64,000 nt of DNA from Candidatus Omnitrophota bacterium (GTDB lineage Bacteria > Omnitrophota > Omnitrophia > Omnitrophales > Aquincolibacteriaceae): positions 116,871-180,870 of the forward strand of contig JBDRCT010000031.1 of NCBI GenBank assembly GCA_043821445.1. The letters run 5' to 3'. A program made the translations under genes and the position numbers. The notes under the pieces were generated by a model, which saw nothing but the letters and a program-made list of their open reading frames with translations, was not told where the DNA came from and ran no database searches. This document shows, one piece after another, positions 57,384-64,000 of the stretch. Within the stretch, counting starts at the first letter, position 1. Every line of letters begins with the position of its first letter.

Positions 57384-60300
57384 ATGGGAATCCCAAGTTT
57401 CGCGCTTAAGCGTCCGGTTTTTACAGCCATCCTTTTTGTCGGGGTAATCGTTATCGGTATGATCTCCCTCATGCGCCTGAAAGTGGAACTCTATCAGGGC
57501 CAAAGCCAGGGAATCATATCGATCGTAGTGCGTGCCCGCGGCGGGTTACCCTCCCAGGACGTTGAAAAGATGATCACCAAACCCATTGAAGAAGCCATTG
57601 GGACCGTGAGCCACATGAAGGGCCTCTATTCCAGTTCGCGCGAAGCAGAGTCACGCGTAACCATGGAGTTCGATGCCGGCACGGATATGAAGTTCGCTGC
57701 GCTTGAGGTCCGGGAAAAATTTGCGCGTGTCAAACCCCTTCTTCCCAAGGAAATTGAAAAGCCCGTGATCGCCAATTACGATGACGCACAGGCCGCTATC
57801 ATGGTGTTCGCGGCGACTTCTGAGAACATGGCCCCGGAAGAGATCCGCGAAATGGTGGACATTAAACTCAAGCCGGTCCTGAGTCGCGTGGATGGAGTCG
57901 CGAGCGTGGAGGTCTATGGAGGAAGGGAACGCAAGATCCTGGTAGAGCTCGATCGCGACAAGATGGTGGCCTATAACATCTCGATCGAGCGTGTCATGGA
58001 TGTGCTGGGTCAGAGCAATATCAATCTCCTGGCCGGGAATGTTGAAACCGGAAAGTTCGAATATGCGGTCCGGAGCATGGGCTCTTTTCTCACGGTGGAC
58101 GAAGTCGGGGACATCGGCGTGAAGGCCACCCGGCAGGGGTCCATCATTCCGCTCAGGGAGATAGGGACCATTAAGGACTCCTATCTCGAGGCTACGGACC
58201 AAGCGCGTCTGAATCTGGAGCAGAACGTCACGGTCTACGTTAAAAAAGCGAGTATGGCCAATACCCTGGATGTCGCGAGGGATCTCAATCGAGTCCTGGA
58301 TCTATTTGAACAGGAGAATAAAGCACATATCAAGATCGTGGTCGTCAATGACCGGGCAGAAACGATCTCGCGTGCGATCGACGACGTCAAAGGGGCGCTC
58401 TATTTGGGGCTGGTTCTGATCATGGGCGTCATTTATGTTTTTATCCGTAACTGGGTGCTGGCGGCCATCATCCTGGTCGTGATCCCGTGTTCTTTGATCG
58501 CAACGTTCATTTTCATGGCGGCCTTTGGTATCAGCATCAATGTCATGACCCTAAGCGGGCTGGCGCTCGCGATCGGCATTTTGATCGACACCGCGGTCGT
58601 GATCCTGGAAAACATTTTTTCAAAAAAAGAGCGGGGCTTCGGGGACACGCAGGCCATCCGGGAAGGGAGCGAAGAAGTGTGGCTTCCGCTTCTGGCGTCG
58701 CTCTTGACGATGCTCGTGGTGTTCCTGCCGATCATTTTTATCGATAAGACCGTCCAGCTGACGTATGGCGGGTTCGCGTTTACCATCAGTATTTCTCTTA
58801 TCGCATCATTTTTTTCGGCGCTCATGCTTATTCCCATGCTCATTCGCCAGTTCGGGATCGCGGCGCTTAATGCTCACCGCAAGGACACCTCGAGCGCTTT
58901 CATCGATAAGGCGCGGGAAAAATATGTGAAGGCTATTCGCTGGTGTATTGCCTGGCGATGGAAGGTCGTGCCTGCGGTTTTCGGGCTCTGTTTTTTGGCC
59001 ATTTTTTTGCTGGTCCGCACACCGATTGACTGGCCCTCGTCCTTTGAGGAGAACGAATTTGCGATCGTCACGTTCCCGTTGGCCGGCGCGCGTTTGGAAT
59101 CGAATGACGAGGCCATGAAAAAGCTCGAAGAGATCCTCTCGAAGATCCCGGACGTCACTCTCTTCTCAACGACCGTTTCAAAGGACGATCTGCGGCTTTT
59201 TGTCCGCTTGAAACCCGCCCGCAAGCGCCAGTATTCCAAGGACGAGATCATGAAGATCATTGATGAGCAGGGGAACGCCGCGGTCAAGGAGATCCACAGC
59301 GATTACAGCTTGATCGTGGACGAAGGCGCCGGCTCCTCCGAACAGAAAAAACTCGTGGTGAATATCTACGGTCAGAACGGGGATGAGCTTGAGAAACTCG
59401 CCAAGGAGTTTGCCAACAAGATGTCCAAAGTGGACGGTTTGACCAATCTGGTCATGACGGACCTTCGCAAGCGTCCGGAGTATTCGCTTGTGGTGGACAA
59501 GGGAAAATCCGCGATGTACGGGCTTAGCGTGAAAACAGTTGCCGACAGCATGCATGCCCAAGTCCGCGGTATGCGGCCCACGAAATTCCATGAGCTTTCT
59601 AAAGGCGAGGAGATTGAAACCATCACACGGCTCCAGGCCATTTACCGCCAGAAGCTTGACGATCTGGGACAGATCTATGTCCAGACCAAGGAAGCCAGGC
59701 AAGTTCCTTTAAGTGAGATCGCCAACTTCTATCCGTCGACCGGTCCGCAAACCATTGATCGCAAAGACAAGCACCGGTATGTATTCGTCAAAGGGGATGT
59801 GAAGCGGCCGATCGAAAAGATCGCGGTCGATGTCAAAAAAGCCGTGAAAGATATAAAGCTTCCCGATGATTATTACTGGCGTTTCGGCGGCGGATACGAA
59901 GAACTGATGGAGAGTAAATCCCAGTTGGCGGTCGCTCTTCTGATCACGGTCTTTCTGGTCTATATGGTCATGGCCTGTCTTTTTGAGAATTATTTATATC
60001 CCTTCCTGATCATGATCAAGATTCTGCTTAATTTTATCGGGATCTGGGCGGCATTGGCCATCACGCGCAAGCCTCTCAGCACCCAGGTTTTTATCGGGAT
60101 GATCATGCTTGCCGGATACTCGGTGAATGCGGCGATCCTTCTGGTGGACCACGCCCTTCATTTAACCGATGAGAAGAGCAAAAAAGAGCGTTTTATCCAA
60201 GCCGGCGTGGACCGGCTACGACCCATTTTGATGACGGCCATTGCGGCGATTCTTGGATTTTTGCCCATGGCGATGAGTTTTGGCCAGGCGAGCGATCTCT

Positions 60301-60482
60301 GGTCGCCCCTGGCGGTGACCATTATCGGAGGGCTTATCAGTTCGACCATTCTGATCCTTTTCGTTTTGCCGGCGCTTGTAATGATCACGGATGATATCCG
60401 GGAAATTTTTAAAGCTTTTTTTTCGGGCGTATCTGAGAAGATACAGGCCCTTTCAGCGAACAAAGCGATCCAGAGTCCTTAA
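57384..60482 (+). CDS. RND efflux permease (AcrB/CzcA superfamily), subunit 2
   Basis: 1032 aa. Tandem to the first permease, which suggests a heteromeric MdtBC-like arrangement. Confidence 0.9.
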   Translation: MGIPSFALKRPVFTAILFVGVIVIGMISLMRLKVELYQGQSQGIISIVVRARGGLPSQDVEKMITKPIEEAIGTVSHMKGLYSSSREAESRVTMEFDAGTDMKFAALEVREKFARVKPLLPKEIEKPVIANYDDAQAAIMVFAATSENMAPEEIREMVDIKLKPVLSRVDGVASVEVYGGRERKILVELDRDKMVAYNISIERVMDVLGQSNINLLAGNVETGKFEYAVRSMGSFLTVDEVGDIGVKATRQGSIIPLREIGTIKDSYLEATDQARLNLEQNVTVYVKKASMANTLDVARDLNRVLDLFEQENKAHIKIVVVNDRAETISRAIDDVKGALYLGLVLIMGVIYVFIRNWVLAAIILVVIPCSLIATFIFMAAFGISINVMTLSGLALAIGILIDTAVVILENIFSKKERGFGDTQAIREGSEEVWLPLLASLLTMLVVFLPIIFIDKTVQLTYGGFAFTISISLIASFFSALMLIPMLIRQFGIAALNAHRKDTSSAFIDKAREKYVKAIRWCIAWRWKVVPAVFGLCFLAIFLLVRTPIDWPSSFEENEFAIVTFPLAGARLESNDEAMKKLEEILSKIPDVTLFSTTVSKDDLRLFVRLKPARKRQYSKDEIMKIIDEQGNAAVKEIHSDYSLIVDEGAGSSEQKKLVVNIYGQNGDELEKLAKEFANKMSKVDGLTNLVMTDLRKRPEYSLVVDKGKSAMYGLSVKTVADSMHAQVRGMRPTKFHELSKGEEIETITRLQAIYRQKLDDLGQIYVQTKEARQVPLSEIANFYPSTGPQTIDRKDKHRYVFVKGDVKRPIEKIAVDVKKAVKDIKLPDDYYWRFGGGYEELMESKSQLAVALLITVFLVYMVMACLFENYLYPFLIMIKILLNFIGIWAALAITRKPLSTQVFIGMIMLAGYSVNAAILLVDHALHLTDEKSKKERFIQAGVDRLRPILMTAIAAILGFLPMAMSFGQASDLWSPLAVTIIGGLISSTILILFVLPALVMITDDIREIFKAFFSGVSEKIQALSANKAIQSP

Positions 60483-60538
60483 AATTTAACTGAGAAACAT
60501 CACTTCCGTTCCTCAAGGGACGGATAAAGGAGACATCT

Positions 60539-61135
60539 ATGGAAACGAAAGCGGACGGGCAGGCTAAGATCACGACTCATCGTACCAACAAACGCCAGGC
60601 GAAGAATCTCATCATCCATCGCCCCATGCAGCGGGAATTTTCGTTTATGTTGATCGCTCTTTTCATGGTGGCTTCGGCGGCGGTTGCTTGGGTCATTCAT
60701 CAAACCATCCGTGATGCGGCCTTCGGAGGGGCTTTTACTTTCGGGAAGGTCAATCCCTCCGAGATCCTCTATGACGTGAGTTACTCGATCATCATTCGCG
60801 TGACCCTGGTGTTGATCCTTACGCTGATCATTATTGGTGCTTATGGCGTGGTCTTTCTCCATCGCGTGGCCGGTCCGGTTTACCGGTTCCGCCAAACCTT
60901 ACTGAGAGTGAATCGCGGAGAAATGCCCCAGGACATCAAGCTTCGTGAGGGGGATTTTTTCCACGATATGGCCCATGATATTAACATCGTTCTGAAACGC
61001 CTTCGCTCGGAACAAAGTAAGATCTCGGAACTTAAGACAAAAATGAACGATCTTGAGAAAAGCGCATTGTCGGAGGACGTTCGTCAGAAGACCGAAGACA
61101 TGAAGACGGTCCTGGATTCCTTCTCAAAGCTTTAG
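60539..61135 (+). CDS. Hypothetical membrane protein (2 TM helices plus a cytoplasmic helical domain)
   Basis: 198 aa. TM helices around residues 40-60 and 95-118, with an amphipathic HAMP-like C-terminal helix. No recognisable catalytic motif. Confidence 0.5.
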   Translation: METKADGQAKITTHRTNKRQAKNLIIHRPMQREFSFMLIALFMVASAAVAWVIHQTIRDAAFGGAFTFGKVNPSEILYDVSYSIIIRVTLVLILTLIIIGAYGVVFLHRVAGPVYRFRQTLLRVNRGEMPQDIKLREGDFFHDMAHDINIVLKRLRSEQSKISELKTKMNDLEKSALSEDVRQKTEDMKTVLDSFSKL

Positions 61136-61345
61136 GTTAGAGTTTCTGCAACTCATTTCGTAGCAACGGGATGCGATTTTTTTGAGAGATATCTAAAGAT
61201 CCATGGGGGTGGACAGGTCGTTCCGGAGAAATCTCGCAAGCTTTAAACTTTTTTTGTCGGACCCCTTGTCTTTATCTTTTTAAAAGAGTATACTTCTTTC
61301 GACCCTCGCCATGCAGTATCATTTCACGAAAGGAGTAACAAAAAA

Positions 61346-61951
61346 ATGAAGAAGGTTAATAGCAGTTTGACATTAGCGCTCGTTGCGTTGATGGTCGTCG
61401 GTTTTGGAGTTGCCGCATACGCAGCTCCCGCGGCGAACGAGCTTGTGATCGCGGATTTTGACACCGGGGACAAGCCGAATAATATCGGCGGTGATTTCGG
61501 TGGATGGGACAAGGACCCGAACGATGAGTCCCAGGGAACCCAGATGTCTTTCGATACGGACGATAGCCAAGGGGATGCTGCCGGCTATGCGATTCGCCTC
61601 GATTACGATGTGGATTCTCCGAATCCGGCTTACAACGGTTTCTGGATGAAGCTGAACGGCGAGGATGCAACGGCTTACAACACCCTCAATTTCTACGTCA
61701 AGGGGGATGCCAAGGCCGGTTACACCAAGCGTTTCAAGATCGAGCTCAAGGACATGACGAACAAGCCTTCTGCGTATATCGTGAGCGGCATCACGGACCA
61801 GTGGCAAAAGATCTCGATCCCGTTCGAAAAGTTCCGTCGTATTGAAAACTGGAACTCTTTGAACGAGCTTGTCTTCGTTTTCGACGATATCAACTCCAGT
61901 CCGAAGACCGGGAGCATTTTGATCGACCAGATCACGTTCTCGAAGCAATAA
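61346..61951 (+). CDS. Secreted hypothetical protein with a jelly-roll/CBM-like composition
   Basis: Signal peptide MKKVNSSLTLALVALMVVGFGVAAYA. Gly/Asp/Asn-rich beta-sandwich-like sequence. RBS AGGAG. Followed by a rho-independent terminator. Confidence 0.6.
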   Translation: MKKVNSSLTLALVALMVVGFGVAAYAAPAANELVIADFDTGDKPNNIGGDFGGWDKDPNDESQGTQMSFDTDDSQGDAAGYAIRLDYDVDSPNPAYNGFWMKLNGEDATAYNTLNFYVKGDAKAGYTKRFKIELKDMTNKPSAYIVSGITDQWQKISIPFEKFRRIENWNSLNELVFVFDDINSSPKTGSILIDQITFSKQ

Positions 61952-61983
61952 TCGAGGCGTTTTTTGGGAGAAGTTGTTTCCAA

Positions 61984-62019
61984 GCAGCCCCGCTTTAAAA
62001 AGCGGGGCTGCTTTTTTTT
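61984..62019 (+). terminator. Rho-independent terminator
   Basis: GCAGCCCCGCTTT-aaa-AAGCGGGGCTGC perfect 13-bp stem followed by T8. Confidence 0.85.
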
Positions 62020-62238
62020 GTCCCCGCCCCCATTTCTCAAAACACACTTTCTGTCGAGGCGGTATTCAACTATCCGGCAGAGAATTCTTTCCTTGGAAGA
62101 TCCGGTCTCAGGGGTTAAAAGCCCACGGTTTCGGCCGATAATGTGAGAGTGTCCTGGCATAGGATAACTCCGGGGTCTCGAGGCCATGGATGTCAGGGGA
62201 GGCGGCCCAGTACCCGGAGTTCATAGAGGGTACCCTTG

Positions 62239-63810
62239 ATGGAAAAAAACGACGGCGTTTTTGTCATAAGCGCAAGCCGTATACTGCCCGCCAAGCGGTG
62301 GCAGGTTCTGCGTCTGCTCACGCGCGTTCAGGATTTCCCGCGTTTTTTACCCAATATCCTGGAATGTAAGGTCCTTTCCCGGGAGCGGAATCGCGTGGTC
62401 AGTTCCTGGCTCGTGGAAATGGAAAAGGTCCCGATCTCCTGGACGGAAGAAGAGGTCCTGGACCTTCGCCAATTCACGATCCGTTTCACGGCCCTGAAGG
62501 GCGACTTGGAGAAGTTCGAAGGCTTCTGGAAACTTGCGGAGCATCCTTCCGGAGGCACCGAACTTTTTGTCGAAGCCACCATCAAACTCGGCATTCCGGT
62601 ATTCGAGGTGGTAGCCGGAGGGATCATTGCGGCCAAAGTTCATCGCTATTTTGAATCGCTCCTAAGGGCTTTTGAAGAAGAGCTATCCAAGCGCCGCTAC
62701 GGTGGGTTGAAGGACCGCTCACCGAAGAAGGTCTCCGGCTTCGGTGTGATCGGCCATCCCTACAACATTCAGCATCTCATGAACTTTTTTCAGGCCCATC
62801 AACAAAGCCGGGCGATCCCCTCACCGGAATTTCTTGCGAAGATCTTTGAAATGACGCCCTCGTTCGAAGCGGATGCGATCCAGGAGTTCCGTTCTGCGAC
62901 TGGAAAGACCGTGAACGGCTCTCTGATCATCTGCAACATCATTCCGGACATGCTGGACCTGGACATCGGACAAGCGGTCCGCAAGGTGGTGGACGCCTGT
63001 AAGCTCGCGGAGCGCTGCGGATTCGGCATTGTGGCACTCGGCGGCTTCACGTCGATCGCAAGCGAACGTTTTGGCGATGAATTCCTTAAAATGGTGCACA
63101 TCCCCGTGACGACCGGCAACACGCTGACGGCCGCACTCGCGGTCGAACAAGTGAAAAAGGCGGCGGAACTCATGGAGCTGGATCTTTCAAAGGCGAGCGT
63201 GACGATCCTGGGTGGGGCAGGCGATATCGGGAGCGGCTGTGCGCGCGGGTTGGCCGACAAAGTCCGCGAGATCACGGTTACGAGCCGCACGGGCAAGAGT
63301 TTCGGTTGGATCAAGCGTGAGATCGCGAAGGCGGGAAAGGCGAAGGTCCGGACGAGTCTCAGCAACCGGGATGCCGTCAAAAACGCCGACATCGTGATCG
63401 CGGCCACAAGCGCGCATAAGTCCATCGTAGACGTCTCGAACCTCAAGCCCGGCGCGATCGTCTGCGACATCGGCTTTCCGAAGAACATCTCTTATTCCAG
63501 GAGTGATCGCCAGGACATCCTGGTCTTTTCAGGAGGCATCTGCGAGATCCCGTGCGACTTCCGCAATTCGTTCGATCACGGTCTTCCGAACACGAAGATC
63601 CTCTACGGGTGTTTTTCCGAGGCGATCGTGCTCGCGCTCGAGGAGCGTTTTGAACGTTTCTCATGGGGAAAAGGGAACATCACTAAGGAAAAAATGGCGG
63701 AGATCCTCGGATTAGCGGCCAAACACGGGTTTTATCCCGCGCCCTTTTTCTGGGGAGAACGGCTCTTGTCGGACAACGAGATCCGCTCGATCCGCGCCGT
63801 GTCCTTGTAG
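62239..63810 (+). CDS. Fusion protein: N-terminal SRPBCC (polyketide-cyclase/START-like) domain + C-terminal acyl-ACP reductase (cyanobacterial AAR)-like NAD(P)-binding domain
   Basis: The C-terminal ~360 aa matches cyanobacterial AAR motifs as I recall them (GVIGH, ALGGFTSI, TTGNTLTA, GGAGDIGSG, FSWGKGNITKEKM...HGF). The N-terminal ~150 aa is SRPBCC-like. Confidence 0.6.
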   Translation: MEKNDGVFVISASRILPAKRWQVLRLLTRVQDFPRFLPNILECKVLSRERNRVVSSWLVEMEKVPISWTEEEVLDLRQFTIRFTALKGDLEKFEGFWKLAEHPSGGTELFVEATIKLGIPVFEVVAGGIIAAKVHRYFESLLRAFEEELSKRRYGGLKDRSPKKVSGFGVIGHPYNIQHLMNFFQAHQQSRAIPSPEFLAKIFEMTPSFEADAIQEFRSATGKTVNGSLIICNIIPDMLDLDIGQAVRKVVDACKLAERCGFGIVALGGFTSIASERFGDEFLKMVHIPVTTGNTLTAALAVEQVKKAAELMELDLSKASVTILGGAGDIGSGCARGLADKVREITVTSRTGKSFGWIKREIAKAGKAKVRTSLSNRDAVKNADIVIAATSAHKSIVDVSNLKPGAIVCDIGFPKNISYSRSDRQDILVFSGGICEIPCDFRNSFDHGLPNTKILYGCFSEAIVLALEERFERFSWGKGNITKEKMAEILGLAAKHGFYPAPFFWGERLLSDNEIRSIRAVSL

Positions 63811-64000
63811 AACGTAATACGAGTAACGCGCCGGGCCGCGGTTCCAGGCGCTCAACGGGGAGGACGGTCCTTGCTCGAATCTTTTTCATTCAACTGGTAC
63901 GCGCTTCCCGTGGGAGGGATCGGCATCCTGATGTTCCTCACGGGATTTTTCATCTATCTCCAGAACCGCCGCTCTCCCGTCAATCTCTCTTTTTTTCTGA

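Noticed and set aside
63883-64000. Possible start of another gene at the window edge
   Set aside because: No ATG/GTG with an RBS could be fixed. The sequence is hydrophobic in one frame, but it is too short and truncated to call.

Overview
This 64 kb window looks like a contiguous bacterial chromosomal segment of moderately high GC content, with compact operons and mostly well-supported genes. It has three parts.

**1. Core housekeeping block (1–11.8 kb, + strand).** A possible trigger-factor 3' end is followed by clpP, a class-V aminotransferase (SerC-like) and serA. Then come purA, the conserved uppS-cdsA-dxr-rseP cluster, proS and dinB.

**2. Accessory glycosylation/modification island (12–32.9 kb), which is where the apparently novel system lies.**
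- A GT2 polyprenyl-phosphate-sugar-synthase-like gene is fused to a GtrA-like membrane domain.
- There are three paralogous B12-binding radical SAM enzymes.
- There is a class I SAM methyltransferase with an N-terminal Zn-ribbon (C-methyltransferase-like), and a FAD/NAD(P)-binding oxidoreductase.
- A second GT2 sits next to a small DUF2304-like membrane protein.
- On the opposite strand is a tandem array of six large paralogous membrane proteins. Each has an N-terminal polytopic PMT/TMTC-like (GT-C-fold) domain with a conserved F/W-DD motif after TM1, and a C-terminal TPR domain.
- The island is bracketed by a ~330 bp segmental duplication of the dinB 3' end and the GT2 5' end. It also carries two copies of a conserved sigma70-like promoter in front of internal paralogs.
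- I propose the island encodes a periplasmic (protein or lipid) glycosylation pathway that uses lipid-linked, possibly methylated, sugars.

**3. Downstream block (32.9–64 kb).**
- leuCD.
- A type IV filament (T4P/T2SS-like) locus: a tandem-repeat protein, a PilM-PilN/GspL-like fusion, a PilO-like protein, a PilP-like candidate, a secretin with a poly-Gly linker, the PilB ATPase and the PilC platform, then three tandem prepilin genes, two of them mosaic paralogs.
- A response regulator, a secreted (alpha/alpha)6 glycoside-hydrolase-like protein with a CBM9-like domain, and an XRE-cupin regulator.
- A TolC-like OMP, a periplasmic adaptor and two tandem RND permeases.
- Two small hypothetical proteins.
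- A fusion of an SRPBCC domain to a cyanobacterial-type acyl-ACP-reductase-like domain.

I saw no rRNA, tRNA or CRISPR arrays, and no transposase/IS element; the only mobility-like signature is the segmental duplication inside the island.
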